A stretch of 64,000 nucleotides of DNA from an uncultured bacterium (GCA_902779565.1 CACZCD010000002.1:1128-65127), one strand, 5' to 3'. Shown: positions 35,011 through 45,247, numbered from the stretch's first letter. Notes: generated from the letters alone by a model not told the origin. Numbers and translations: made by a program.

Positions 35011-37106
35011 TGCCGGTCGCCTTCGCGAAATTTATCCTGCCCGCCGTTTTCGCGTGTATTTCACTGGCGACGCGCGCCGCAGAACGGGAGCGGCATTCGT
35101 ATACCGTTCCCAAAGTGTTTGAATACGTCAGCCCGGATACGACACCGATCGTTTTCTCCGTCAGAAGTCGGGCTGAAGGTGCGTACGCCCAGCTCTACTG
35201 CGCGTATCTTGATGTACATTACGCCGATGGGTCACACGATTGGCACAAGATTGCCCATTTCACCCCCGGCACGCACGGATGGGAGCGGGCGACAGGGGCT
35301 TTTGCGCCGGTCAAGCCTGTGAAAAAGCTCGAACTCTTCGGGATATTCCGCGATGGTGTCGGGCGCGTGGAGTTTGACGGACACGCCATTGAGCGCAGGG
35401 ATGGCACCAATGACGTGCTGGAGGTCCGCTCCATGACGGATCTGCCGTATTCCGATTCCGACGTCACATCGCGCAAGGTTTTTCGCGGTCGCCGCGTTGC
35501 GGTGGAGACGGAAAGGACGTCTCCTTCAAAGTTGGCAAAGCGATGCCCTCTGCCGCCAGGTGACATCAGGGTGTGGACAGAGAGTTCCCTTGCGACGGTT
35601 ACGCCGCTCACGTTCCCCTCGGCCGATTCATTGTGCTCCATCGAACTGGAGCTTGCAGGTCGTGAATCAGAATCCGCCCAAATTCTCGTCACCTCGTCCT
35701 CCGCCGTTGACGGCGTGAGTCTCAGTCTGGGCGCGCTTGCGCGGGCGGACGGAAAGGCGTTCAAGGGCACGCTTAAGTGGGAGCGCGTAGGGTACATCGC
35801 GCGCGGCCACGGGTTCTATACGCATCCCGATGCTCCGCCTCCTACCGAACGTTGGCTTCCCGGTCCGCTTCTTCCGGCGGCGCCGTTCCGTGTGAGGGCT
35901 GCTTCCACGCAAGGGACGTGGATGACCGTAACGGCCTCGGCGGATGCGGAGCCGGGTGACTATCGGGGCGAAGTTCGTGTTCTCGCCGACGGCAGGTCTT
36001 TTTCGGTGCCTGTCGCCGTTAAAGTGAGGGCCTTCCGGCTGCCTCTCCGTTTCGGGCTGCGCACGGGGTTCAGCGTCATGGATGGATTCACGCGCCGATA
36101 CTATCCGGATGATTTTGCCGCTCGAAAGCGTGAGAGCTGGGACTTGATGCTCGACCATCGGCTCAACCCCGATGACATCTCGCGTACCTCTCCGCCGGAG
36201 ATTGAGGATCTTGAATACGCCCGAAGCCGCGGAATGAATTCCTTCAACATTCTCAACGTCGTGCCGCCGGCGAGACCTGGGCAGACGTGGGTACCGTATG
36301 CAAGGCCGGAGGTGGTGTTCGCGCCCGGGTTCTATTCGTCGTTCACCGCCCGTCTGTCGTCGGTTGTCGCCGAACTTCGCAGACGTGGCCTAATCGACGA
36401 CGCATATCTATACGGCTTCGACGAGCGGGGCCGGGAGTATTACGATGGCATTGATTCGTTCTGGAAAAGGTGGAAGCGTGATTTCCCGGACATCCCCCTT
36501 GTCACGACCTCCCGGCAGTTCAGGGATTTCGCGCGAGGAGACAGGGCGCGAAACGGTGTATTGTCGGCTGACATCTTCTGCCCCGTCGTCCAGCATTTCG
36601 ATCAATCGGCGGCGGCAGAGCTTAAGGCTCTCGGAAAGGGTGTGTGGTGGTATTCCTGCTGCCAGCCGGAGCCGCCGCTTCCGAACTTTGGTTCGTATGA
36701 AAATCCGCTCTGGGAAGGTCGCATGCTCGTTGGGTGGCTCACGCGACGGTATCGCGTTGACGGATTCCTTTTCTGGATTGTGAACAGGTGGGACAACGGG
36801 AACGAAAAACTTGATGAAGAGGAGACGTTTTTCCCAGGCTGGCGCGAGGGAGAAGGGACGAGCCGGTGTCCGGGCGACGGCACGTTCCTGTATCCCGGCC
36901 GTACGCGGATACTTCCTTCCGTGCGGCTTTCCATGCTCCGAGACGCGGTGGAGGACTACGAATATCTGATTGCGGCAGGCGATGATGCCTGCAATCCCTA
37001 TGGTTCATTGGTGGATTATCCCCGCGGTCCGGCGACTTTGCTGAATGCGCGCAGGCGGTTGGCCGTGCAAATCGAGGGGTACAGGTCTTCGTCGAAGATG
37101 AAGTAA
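35010..37106 (+). CDS. Secreted DUF4091-like putative glycoside hydrolase, paralog 2
   Basis: 1-nt overlap (TGATG) with the upstream gene; signal peptide; DUF4091-like WWYSCCQPE region (from memory of that family). Confidence 0.5.
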   Translation: MPVAFAKFILPAVFACISLATRAAERERHSYTVPKVFEYVSPDTTPIVFSVRSRAEGAYAQLYCAYLDVHYADGSHDWHKIAHFTPGTHGWERATGAFAPVKPVKKLELFGIFRDGVGRVEFDGHAIERRDGTNDVLEVRSMTDLPYSDSDVTSRKVFRGRRVAVETERTSPSKLAKRCPLPPGDIRVWTESSLATVTPLTFPSADSLCSIELELAGRESESAQILVTSSSAVDGVSLSLGALARADGKAFKGTLKWERVGYIARGHGFYTHPDAPPPTERWLPGPLLPAAPFRVRAASTQGTWMTVTASADAEPGDYRGEVRVLADGRSFSVPVAVKVRAFRLPLRFGLRTGFSVMDGFTRRYYPDDFAARKRESWDLMLDHRLNPDDISRTSPPEIEDLEYARSRGMNSFNILNVVPPARPGQTWVPYARPEVVFAPGFYSSFTARLSSVVAELRRRGLIDDAYLYGFDERGREYYDGIDSFWKRWKRDFPDIPLVTTSRQFRDFARGDRARNGVLSADIFCPVVQHFDQSAAAELKALGKGVWWYSCCQPEPPLPNFGSYENPLWEGRMLVGWLTRRYRVDGFLFWIVNRWDNGNEKLDEEETFFPGWREGEGTSRCPGDGTFLYPGRTRILPSVRLSMLRDAVEDYEYLIAAGDDACNPYGSLVDYPRGPATLLNARRRLAVQIEGYRSSSKMK

Positions 37107-37140
37107 TTGCAATCGTAAATTGCAATTCGCAATTCGCTTG
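37107..37140. repeat. Short tandem repeat (AATTGCAAT/AATTCGCAATTCGC)
   Basis: Direct read of taattgcaatcgtaaattgcaattcgcaattcgc. Confidence 0.5.
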
Positions 37141-37187
37141 CGTTGGGGACGGGAGTTTGGTATTTTACTGGACAGGGAAAAATCAGG

Positions 37188-37886
37188 ATGAAGATGACGA
37201 GAAAGGATTTCGCCTTGCAGTCGGTGTGTGCGGTGGCCGCATGCGCCGCCCTGCCGGCGTTTTCCGCGAAAGGAAAGCCCATGAAAGAGATTGAACTCGA
37301 GAAGCTGCCTTATGCCGAAGACGCGCTCGCGCCCGTCATTTCGGCGAACACGATTTCGTTCCACTACGGCAAGCATCACGCCGGCTATGTGAAGACGCTC
37401 AACGGCCTCATCGCCGGAACGAAGTATGCGGAGCTGCCGCTTGTGGAGATCGTGCGGGCGTCGGCGGCGGACGGCAATGCGGCCGTGTTCAACAACGCTG
37501 CCCAGACGTGGAACCACACGTTCTACTGGAATACTTTGGCGCCGGCAGGGACGGGCGGTGAGCCGTCGGCGGCTTTGTCGGCGGCAATCACGGCGGCGTT
37601 CGGTTCGTTGGAGGCCTGCAAGGCGGCGCTCGCAGATGCGGCGGTGAAGCGTTTCGGCAGCGGTTGGGCCTGGCTGATCGCCGAGGGCGGCAAGCTTGCC
37701 ATCGTCAGTACCCCGAACGCCGAGACGCCAATCGTCCGTGCGGGCGTGACACCGCTCGCGGTGGTGGACGTGTGGGAACACGCCTACTATCTGGATTGGC
37801 AGAACCGCCGCGCCGACCATGTGAAGGACGTCATCGGAAAGCTGTTCAGCTGGAAAGCAATTTCAGACCGTTTCGCCGCCGTCTGA
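37188..37886 (+). CDS. sodA: Fe/Mn superoxide dismutase with N-terminal signal peptide (periplasmic)
   Basis: [13 protein letters not shown]...HYGKHH...[14 protein letters not shown] (Fe/Mn-SOD signatures); N-terminal [27 protein letters not shown]. Confidence 0.9.
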   Translation: MKMTRKDFALQSVCAVAACAALPAFSAKGKPMKEIELEKLPYAEDALAPVISANTISFHYGKHHAGYVKTLNGLIAGTKYAELPLVEIVRASAADGNAAVFNNAAQTWNHTFYWNTLAPAGTGGEPSAALSAAITAAFGSLEACKAALADAAVKRFGSGWAWLIAEGGKLAIVSTPNAETPIVRAGVTPLAVVDVWEHAYYLDWQNRRADHVKDVIGKLFSWKAISDRFAAV

Positions 37887-37930
37887 GACGGTGGGCGAGG
37901 CGTTCTGCAACCAAAACAAGGAGAAAAGAG

Positions 37931-38482
37931 ATGAAGAGATACGTGTGCCCCGTCTGCGGCTATGTGCATGAGGGGAATGAACCGCCCGAGAAATGTCCGC
38001 AGTGCGGCGTTCCGGGAAGCAAGTTCAAGGAAGAGGCCGTGCAGACCGGCAAGAAGGTGTGGGCCTGCGAACATACCGTCGGTGCCGGAAAGGTTGACGA
38101 CGCGGAGGTGATGCAGGGCCTGAAGGATCACTTCAACGGTGAGTGCACTGAGGTCGGCATGTACCTGGCGATGAGCCGTCAGGCCGAGCGCGAGGGCTAT
38201 CCCGAGATCGCGGACGCGTTCAAGCGCTATGCGTTCGAGGAGGCCGAGCACGCGGCGAAGTTCGCCGAGCTGCTGGGCGAGGTCCTCACCGCCGACACGA
38301 AGAAGAACGTCGCGATGCGCGCCGACGCCGAGCAGGGCGCCTGCGCCGCGAAGCTCGCCATCGCCAAGCGTGCGAAGGAGCTGGGCTACGACGCCATCCA
38401 CGATACGGTGCATGAAATGGCCAAGGACGAAGCCCGCCACGGCGCTGGCTTCGAGGGCCTCCTGAACCGTTACTTCAAGTAA
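37931..38482 (+). CDS. rbr: Reverse rubrerythrin (N-terminal rubredoxin-like domain plus ferritin-like diiron domain)
   Basis: CPVCGY...CPQCG at the N-terminus; diiron-site ExxH motifs ([18 protein letters not shown]). Confidence 0.9.
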   Translation: MKRYVCPVCGYVHEGNEPPEKCPQCGVPGSKFKEEAVQTGKKVWACEHTVGAGKVDDAEVMQGLKDHFNGECTEVGMYLAMSRQAEREGYPEIADAFKRYAFEEAEHAAKFAELLGEVLTADTKKNVAMRADAEQGACAAKLAIAKRAKELGYDAIHDTVHEMAKDEARHGAGFEGLLNRYFK

Positions 38483-38544
38483 TCGTGAGGGGCAGATCCC
38501 ATCCGTGCCGGCGCACGCCTCTGGTGTGCGCCGGCAACTGCATG

Positions 38545-38656
38545 CGGCATTAGAAAGGTTAGAAAGGTTTGAGGGGTTTGAAAGGTTTGAGAGGTTTTAA
38601 TTCCCCCAATCCCCCAATCCTCCAATCCTCCAATCCCCCAATCCTCCAATCCCCCA
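38545..38656. repeat. Two adjacent tandem-repeat blocks (GAAAGGTTT/GAGGGGTTT, then 7 x CCYCCAAT) ending at the bioWF ATG
   Basis: Direct read; the second block abuts ATG at 38657 with no SD. Confidence 0.85.
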
Positions 38657-40582
38657 ATGAAAGCCACGCCCAACCGCCAACTTGCAGAAAATCTCTTTTC
38701 CGTGAAGATGCGCGCGTCGCAGGAGGGAGCGCACATCTCGGGCGCGGAACGGATCGTGCCCGCGTCCGCACTGCCGCAGCTTGCGGCGGTGATGACGACG
38801 CGCGCGCTCGACCATGCTAAGGGCAAACCGGATTTCATCAACATCAAGATTGAGGCGGCCCCCGAACCGCTTCATCTGAAAGCGCTGGCGGTTTCGACGC
38901 ATCCGGTCAAGACGCCCGAAGAGGGTTGGGCGACCGCCCGTGCGCTGCTGGCCGCCGATGGCTTCACGCGCATCGACGAGATTCTCGCTCTGTTCCGCGA
39001 GACATACGGGATGCGTGGGGCGATGCTCTTGGATGCCGACACGCTCGAACGGCTTGAGCCCGACCCCGCGCGCGGCGTGCGCGCGACATTCATGGATGAC
39101 GCCGCAAGCGCGATGCGGCGTTTCTCGGCCGAAAAGAACCACTACGCCGAAGCGGTCGTGTTGGCAACGAAGGTCGCCCATGCGCCGGGAATCGTGGGGG
39201 AGATCTGTCTTTCGGACGATCCCGATTATGTGACGGGGTACGTGGCGTCGAAGCGGATCGGCTATGCGCGCATCACCTGTCTGAAGGAGAAGGGCGATCC
39301 CGCCGGCGGACGCATCTTCCTCTATCGCGGTTCGCACGAGAAGGTGGGTGAGACGATTGATTTTCTCCAGCGGCAATGTGTGCTGGTGGACGATGTGCCG
39401 CCCAAACCGTTGACGGAGTATGCGGAGGAGATGAATCCTCCTACACCCACGGAAGATCTGGCGCGGGAGCTGACGGCGATCCGCGCGGCAGGACTTGGGC
39501 GCCGTGTGCGGGAGCGCCCTCTTGGATTGAAGAACTTTGCGGACAATGACTATCTCGGGCTCGCAGACGATCCGCGTCTCAAGGCAGCGGCACAGGAAGC
39601 GATCGAACGTTACGGTGCAGGATCCGGTGCAGCGCGTCTCATCACCGGTACGCTGCCACCGCATGTTGCGCTGGAGCACCATTTGGCGCGATTCAAGGGG
39701 ACGGAGGATGCGCTCGTGTGGGCGACCGGCTACATGGCGAACGTCGGTACGATCTCCGCGATAGTCGGGAAGGGCGATGCCGTCTTCAGCGACGAACTGA
39801 ACCACGCCAGCATTGTCGATGGGTGCCGCCTCTCCAAGGCGGACATCTTCATCTACCGCCACAACGACATGGACGATCTCGCCGCGAAGATAGCCGAGGC
39901 CGGGCCGCGCCGCCGTCGGTTGGCCGTTTCGGATGCGGTCTTTTCGATGGACGGCGACATTCTCGACCTGCCGCGTTTCTTGGAGATCTGTGGTGCGAAC
40001 GGCGTTCTCTCGATGATCGACGAGGCGCATGCGACGGGCGTGATGGGCGCAACGGGGCACGGACTCTGTGAACACTTCGGGACGGGACATCCCGATATCC
40101 TGATGGGGACGCTCTCAAAAGCGCTTGGCAGCGAGGGTGGGTATGTGTGTGCCTCTCGCACCGTCTGCGACTACCTGCGGAACAAATCCCGCGCATTCAT
40201 CTTTTCGACAGCGCACAATCCCGGCTCGGCGGCGGCGGCGGATGCCGCGTTGACGGTTCTGGAGGAACACCCCGAGCTGGCACCGTGCGTCCGCGATAGG
40301 GCACAGCGGTTTGTGGCGGCGCTGGCGGCGCAGGGGATTGCGGCGCGGACGGAAAGTGCGATCGTCCCGATCCTTGTGGGGGATGAACGGCGCGCCGTTG
40401 AGATGGCGGCGAAACTCGAGGCGCGCGGATTCCTCGTGCCGGCGATCCGTTATCCGACGGTGGCGAAGGGCGCGGCGCGTCTGCGCGTTTCGGTTTCGGC
40501 GCGGACGGCGGAGGATGACCTGAATGCGCTTGCGGCGGCGATCGCCGATTGTCAACGCGAGGTCTCGGGATTTGTAGTATAA
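38657..40582 (+). CDS. bioWF: Fused 6-carboxyhexanoate-CoA ligase (BioW) and 8-amino-7-oxononanoate synthase (BioF)
   Basis: N-terminal ~250 aa BioW-like (MRASQEGAHISGAERIV...); C-terminal class II aminotransferase/AONS (NDYLGL...DEAHATGVMG...GTLSKALGSEGGY; PLP lysine in SKA). Confidence 0.8.
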   Translation: MKATPNRQLAENLFSVKMRASQEGAHISGAERIVPASALPQLAAVMTTRALDHAKGKPDFINIKIEAAPEPLHLKALAVSTHPVKTPEEGWATARALLAADGFTRIDEILALFRETYGMRGAMLLDADTLERLEPDPARGVRATFMDDAASAMRRFSAEKNHYAEAVVLATKVAHAPGIVGEICLSDDPDYVTGYVASKRIGYARITCLKEKGDPAGGRIFLYRGSHEKVGETIDFLQRQCVLVDDVPPKPLTEYAEEMNPPTPTEDLARELTAIRAAGLGRRVRERPLGLKNFADNDYLGLADDPRLKAAAQEAIERYGAGSGAARLITGTLPPHVALEHHLARFKGTEDALVWATGYMANVGTISAIVGKGDAVFSDELNHASIVDGCRLSKADIFIYRHNDMDDLAAKIAEAGPRRRRLAVSDAVFSMDGDILDLPRFLEICGANGVLSMIDEAHATGVMGATGHGLCEHFGTGHPDILMGTLSKALGSEGGYVCASRTVCDYLRNKSRAFIFSTAHNPGSAAAADAALTVLEEHPELAPCVRDRAQRFVAALAAQGIAARTESAIVPILVGDERRAVEMAAKLEARGFLVPAIRYPTVAKGAARLRVSVSARTAEDDLNALAAAIADCQREVSGFVV

Positions 40583-40590
40583 TTCACGGC
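40575..40590 (+). promoter_or_regulatory. Promoter motif TAGTATAATTCACGGC
   Basis: Family member upstream of the yhcH-like gene. Confidence 0.45.
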
Positions 40591-40606
40591 ATTTGGAGAA
40601 AGAAAC

Positions 40607-41086
40607 ATGAGCGAAAAACACATCTTCGGAAAGCTCGCAGAGAGCGAGAAGTATCTTGGGATCAATCCGCTATTTGAGAAGGCGTTTGCCTTCCTGAAGC
40701 GCACCGATCTGGCGGCGTTGCCGGCTGGACGTCAGGAGATCGACGGCGACCGGTGCTGGGCGAACGTGATCGACGCCACGCTCAAGCCGTGCGCGGAATG
40801 CAAGCTTGAGGCGCATCACCGCTACATTGATATCCAGATGCCTGTGACGGGACCCGAGGTGATCGGCGTTGCGGAGATGGATGAGGCCGCGCGCGCGCTG
40901 CCGTTCAACGAGAAGGACGACTACGTGGTGTACGACGGGCCATCGGAACCCGTCAGGCTCCAGCCGGGCGATTTCGCGATCTTTCTCCCGCCGGGGGCGC
41001 ATGCGCCGTGTGGACGGCCTGCGGACGGCCCGGAAAAGATCCGGAAGGTCGTCGTGAAGGTCCTTGCCGACGGGACGTGCGGCTGA
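40607..41086 (+). CDS. YhcH/YjgK/YiaL (DUF386) family protein
   Basis: ~159 aa; typical DUF386 features (HRRYIDIQ, GDFAIFxPxxxH), recalled from memory of the family. Confidence 0.7.
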   Translation: MSEKHIFGKLAESEKYLGINPLFEKAFAFLKRTDLAALPAGRQEIDGDRCWANVIDATLKPCAECKLEAHHRYIDIQMPVTGPEVIGVAEMDEAARALPFNEKDDYVVYDGPSEPVRLQPGDFAIFLPPGAHAPCGRPADGPEKIRKVVVKVLADGTCG

Positions 41087-41132
41087 CCGCGCGATTGTTC
41101 AGGCGGATCGAACGGAACCCCCCTCGTGCGAA

Positions 41133-41151
41133 TATGGTATAATTCGCACCC
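41133..41151 (+). promoter_or_regulatory. Promoter motif TATGGTATAATTCGCACCC (consensus copy)
   Basis: 30 nt upstream of the lysC ATG. Confidence 0.55.
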
Positions 41152-41180
41152 GTTTTGGCTTTGAGAAGAGGAACAAGAAG

Positions 41181-42536
41181 ATGAAGGTATGCAAATTCGG
41201 CGGATCGAGTCTCGCGGATGCGGGGCAGATCACGAAGGTTCTTGACATCGTGCTCGCGGATCCCGCGCGTCGCATGGTCGTGGTGAGTGCGCCCGGCAAG
41301 CGCAACAAGTCCGACACGAAGGTGACGGATCTGCTGATCGCGCTCGCGGAGGCGGCGCTTGCGAAGAAGGAGACAGCCAAGCCCCTCAAGGCGGTTCTCG
41401 ACCGCTATGCGTCCATCGCCAAGGATCTCAAGCTCGGCGATGAGATCGTCAAGGAGATCGAGAAGGATCTCAAGTCCCGCGTGGCCTCCTCCAAGCGAGA
41501 CGCGGGCGTGTTCATGGATACGCTGAAGGCGGCGGGCGAGGACAACTCCGCGAAGATCGTTGCGGCGGCGTTCATCAAGCGCGGCGCGAAGGCGCGCTAT
41601 GCCGGTCCGCGCGAGACGGGCATGATCCTTGAGGGCGAGAGCGGCAACGCCACGCTCAATCCGGAGTCCTACCGCAAGCTCGCCAAGGCGTTCGCCGATT
41701 TCGAGGGCATCGTGGTGTATCCCGGCTTCTTCGGTTACCGCAAGGACGGCACGGTCGCCACGTTCCCGCGCGGCGGATCGGACATCACCGGCTCCATCCT
41801 GGCGGCGGCGATCCGCGCCGACGTCTATGAGAACTTCACCGACGTGGACAATGTCTATCCCGTCGATCCTCGCATCGTTCCGGAGGTGAAGGAGGGCATC
41901 GACACGATGACCTACCGCGAGATGCGCGAGCTGGCCTACGCAGGCTTCGGCGTGTTCAACGACGAGGCGATCTTCCCGGCGGTGCAGGCGCGCATCCCGA
42001 TCAACGTGCGCAACACGAACCATCCGAACGAGCCGGGCACGATGATCGTGCAGTCGCGCCGCGTGATCCCCGGCACGGTGACCGGCATTGCGGCGGCGGA
42101 CGGCTTCTGCAACATCATCATCGACAAGTACTGCATGAACCGCGAGGTTGGTTTCACGCACAAGCTGCTGGACATCCTTCAGGACGAGCATGTCGCCTAC
42201 GAGCATCTCCCCAGCGGCATCGACTCGATCTCCGTGGTGATCCGCGGCGACAAGTTCTCGAAGCCGACCGAGAATCGCGTGGTGGCGCGCATCAAGCGTG
42301 AGCTCATGCCGGATTCGGTGATGGTCACGCGCGGCTACGCCATCCTGATGGTGGTGGGCGAGGGCATGGCGTTCTCTGCCGGCATGCTCGCCAAGGCCAC
42401 GGCGGCGCTGGCCGAGCATGGCATCAACATCTCGATGGTGAACCAGGGCGCGAGCGAGTTCTCGTTCATGCTCGGCATCAAGGGCGAAGACCGCGAGAAG
42501 GCCGTTCGCGCGCTCTACAAGGCGTATTTCGGTTAA
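41181..42536 (+). CDS. lysC: Aspartate kinase
   Basis: KFGGSSL N-terminus, amino acid kinase fold, C-terminal ACT domains (MVVGEGMAFSAGMLAKA...). Confidence 0.9.
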   Translation: MKVCKFGGSSLADAGQITKVLDIVLADPARRMVVVSAPGKRNKSDTKVTDLLIALAEAALAKKETAKPLKAVLDRYASIAKDLKLGDEIVKEIEKDLKSRVASSKRDAGVFMDTLKAAGEDNSAKIVAAAFIKRGAKARYAGPRETGMILEGESGNATLNPESYRKLAKAFADFEGIVVYPGFFGYRKDGTVATFPRGGSDITGSILAAAIRADVYENFTDVDNVYPVDPRIVPEVKEGIDTMTYREMRELAYAGFGVFNDEAIFPAVQARIPINVRNTNHPNEPGTMIVQSRRVIPGTVTGIAAADGFCNIIIDKYCMNREVGFTHKLLDILQDEHVAYEHLPSGIDSISVVIRGDKFSKPTENRVVARIKRELMPDSVMVTRGYAILMVVGEGMAFSAGMLAKATAALAEHGINISMVNQGASEFSFMLGIKGEDREKAVRALYKAYFG

Positions 42537-42557
42537 ACCCCAAAGTGTGAGGGTGAC

Positions 42558-44465
42558 ATGAAACGGAAGATGCTGCGTTCCTTCGCCGTGCTTGCGGCGG
42601 GGGTCGGTCTGGTGGTCTGCGCCGAAGCAGCCAACTATCCAGAGCAGGATTCCGCCCGCGTGGCGGCCATCGCGTCGCGACTGCCCGAACGTCCCGGTTC
42701 GCCCGCGCCGCGTCCGTCAGATCGCACCGCGTGGGCGTTTCTCGCGAACGATCCGGCGGCGGCGACGTTCATCGCGGAGGCTGCGAAGCAGATTGGTTGT
42801 CCAATTCCCGAGCTTCCCGACGAACTCTATCTGGAGTTCCGGCGCAACGGCAACCGTTCCCACTACGAGCGGCCGTTCTTCAAGAAGCTCACCACTTTCA
42901 ACCTCTTCATGCTCGCGGAGGCGTTGGAATGGAAGGGGCGGTTTGTCCCGGAGATCAAGCGCTACCTCGAGGCCATCTTGGCCGAAAAGACCTGGACGCT
43001 CCCGGCGCACGACCGCAAGCTGGACAGCTTTGAGGGACGTAAGCCGCTCGTCAAGCTTTTCAGCAGCCAGCGTGCCTGGGTCGTGTCGTATGCCATCGAT
43101 TGGTTCGGCGAGGTGCTGCCGCCCGATCTGGTCGCCCGCGCGAAGGCGGAGTGTCGCCGTCGCATCCTCGATCCCTATCTGAAGGCCTGTAGTTCGCTTG
43201 CACAGGTGAAGGAAACCGAGTGCAACTGGTTTTGGGGTACGGCGAACTGGTCGCCCGTCTGCCATGCGGGCTGTGTGGCGACGGCTTTGATTCTGGCGGA
43301 GGATCGGCGCGAACGGGCGGCCTGCATCGAGGCGGCTGAACGTGCGATGCCCTACTACCTCTCGGGCTTCACGGACGATGGCTACTGTTCGGAGGGCATG
43401 GCCTACTGGAATTATGGCTTCGGGAACTACACGGCGCTCGTCTCGCTCGTGGGGCTGGCGACCGGTTGGTTTGTGGATCTTGGCGCGCGGACGCCCAAGG
43501 CGGCGCGTGTGGCGGCGTATGCGATGAACTTTCAGCTGGAGCCCGGTCTGTCGCCGCGTTTTGCGGATGGCGGCGGTGATCCGGAGCGGGCGCTCGTGGA
43601 GATGGCGCATCGGTTTTGGCCGGATTCGATCCCTGCGTCCGTCGCCGATTGCCCGCTGCTTGCCGGCACCACCACGAACTATGGTCAGTACCCCTCATGT
43701 CCTACGCTCGCGATGCGTGCGTTCGGACCGAAGGGATGGCGCGGGACGAAGGCTCTTTCCGACAAGCTGCCGGCGCGGACGGAATTCGAATGTGCCCAGG
43801 TGTATCTCATGCGTCCGGGCGATGGCAAGGAGGGTCTTGCGCTGGCGCTGAAGGGCGGACATAACGCGGAGTTCCACAACCACAACGATGTCGGCACCTA
43901 CGCGATTTCGTTCAAGGGCGAGATTCTGGCAGGGGATGTGGGCGGCGAGCAGTACACGGCACGCACCTTTTCCGCGCATCGGTATGATTCGGACGTGCTC
44001 AACAGCTTCGGCCATCCGGTGCCGCGCATCGGCGGCGGGCTGCAGCTCAAGGGACCTTCGTATGCGGCGAAGGTGGTGCGGACTTCCTTCGGCCCGGAGA
44101 AGGATGAGGTGGTGCTGGATTTGAAAGGCGCGTATTCCTGCCCCGCGCTGAAACAGCTTGAACGCACGTTCCTCTACAACCGGGTCCAAGGCACCGTAAC
44201 GATTCGGGATGAGGTGGCGTTTTCCGAGCCGATTGCGTTTGATGTTCCGGTCACGACCTTGGTGCGCGTGGAGAAGTCGGGGGAAGGTCTCGTTCTGGTT
44301 GGGCAGAAAGCGAAGCTGCGTACGTCGGTCCGCGCGGAGGGCGGCAACTGGTCATGGGATGAACACATCCTTGAGAACGGTCGTCCCAGCACACCGCGCC
44401 GTATGGCGGTCACGTTCGAGAAGCCCGTGACGAAGGCCCTGGTGGAATTCACGTTTGCGCCGTAA
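42558..44465 (+). CDS. Heparinase II/III-like polysaccharide lyase family protein
   Basis: Signal peptide; C-terminal heparinase II/III signature HNHNDVGTYAISFKGE; alpha/alpha toroid-like N-terminal region. Confidence 0.75.
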   Translation: MKRKMLRSFAVLAAGVGLVVCAEAANYPEQDSARVAAIASRLPERPGSPAPRPSDRTAWAFLANDPAAATFIAEAAKQIGCPIPELPDELYLEFRRNGNRSHYERPFFKKLTTFNLFMLAEALEWKGRFVPEIKRYLEAILAEKTWTLPAHDRKLDSFEGRKPLVKLFSSQRAWVVSYAIDWFGEVLPPDLVARAKAECRRRILDPYLKACSSLAQVKETECNWFWGTANWSPVCHAGCVATALILAEDRRERAACIEAAERAMPYYLSGFTDDGYCSEGMAYWNYGFGNYTALVSLVGLATGWFVDLGARTPKAARVAAYAMNFQLEPGLSPRFADGGGDPERALVEMAHRFWPDSIPASVADCPLLAGTTTNYGQYPSCPTLAMRAFGPKGWRGTKALSDKLPARTEFECAQVYLMRPGDGKEGLALALKGGHNAEFHNHNDVGTYAISFKGEILAGDVGGEQYTARTFSAHRYDSDVLNSFGHPVPRIGGGLQLKGPSYAAKVVRTSFGPEKDEVVLDLKGAYSCPALKQLERTFLYNRVQGTVTIRDEVAFSEPIAFDVPVTTLVRVEKSGEGLVLVGQKAKLRTSVRAEGGNWSWDEHILENGRPSTPRRMAVTFEKPVTKALVEFTFAP

Positions 44466-44494
44466 CGGGGCGTGATGGCGAGAGAGGACTGACG

Positions 44495-45247
44495 ATGGCG
44501 GAGCGGAACCCCATTTTCACGCGGACGGAGCTGATGTTGGGGACGGCGACGCTGGAGGCGCTTCAGCGGACGCGTGTCGCCATTTTCGGATTGGGGGGTG
44601 TCGGTAGCTGGTGCGCTGAGTCGCTTGTGCGTTCGGGCGTGGGACGGCTGATGCTCGTCGATTCGGACCGGATCTGCGTAACCAACGTGAACCGTCAGCT
44701 GATGGCAACGACTAAGACGGTCGGGCAGGTCAAGGTCGAGGCACTCGCCGCACGGCTGCACGAGATTAACCCCGATGTTGCGCTGGATGTCCGGCAGAAG
44801 ATCTACGATGCCACGACAGCGGCTGAATTCGATTTTTCGGAATGGGATTATGTGATTGACGCCATCGATTCATTGGAGAGCAAGGCGTATTTGATCCGTC
44901 ACGCCCTGTCGGTGCCGACGGTGACGCTCTTCGCCTCTATGGGGGCGGCGCTGAAGATGGATCCGTTCCAGATCCGGCAGAGTGTGTTCACGAAGGTGGA
45001 GGGCGATGGACTGGCGCGGGCGCTGCGGCAGAAGTTCCGTCAGACGGGTGGAATTCCTGAACGTCCGTTTGTGTGCGTGTGGTCGCCCGAGCAGCGCAAG
45101 AATCTGGGCGTGAAGGATTCGCGTGGCAACGGAACCGTTGCCCATACGACCGCCATCTTTGGTTTCGCTCTCGCGGGGCTTGTCGTCGCCGATGTGGAGC
45201 GGAGAGCCAGCGTCGGCTGCGATTCCATGCGTCCGGCGGCAACTTGA
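44495..45247 (+). CDS. tcdA: tRNA threonylcarbamoyladenosine dehydratase (ThiF/MoeB-family)
   Basis: Rossmann GLGGVGSW...LVDSDRICVTNVNRQ; ~250 aa TcdA/CsdL-like. Confidence 0.8.
   Translation: MAERNPIFTRTELMLGTATLEALQRTRVAIFGLGGVGSWCAESLVRSGVGRLMLVDSDRICVTNVNRQLMATTKTVGQVKVEALAARLHEINPDVALDVRQKIYDATTAAEFDFSEWDYVIDAIDSLESKAYLIRHALSVPTVTLFASMGAALKMDPFQIRQSVFTKVEGDGLARALRQKFRQTGGIPERPFVCVWSPEQRKNLGVKDSRGNGTVAHTTAIFGFALAGLVVADVERRASVGCDSMRPAAT

Noticed and set aside
38597-40090. 497-aa minus-strand ORF
   Set aside because: Antisense to bioWF, whose BioW and AONS motifs (including the PLP lysine) are clear.
41087-41180. Lysine riboswitch upstream of lysC
   Set aside because: The leader between the promoter motif and the ATG is only ~30 nt, far too short for the ~180-nt L-box.
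40953-42419. 488-aa minus-strand ORF
   Set aside because: Antisense to lysC (aspartate kinase motifs unambiguous on the + strand).
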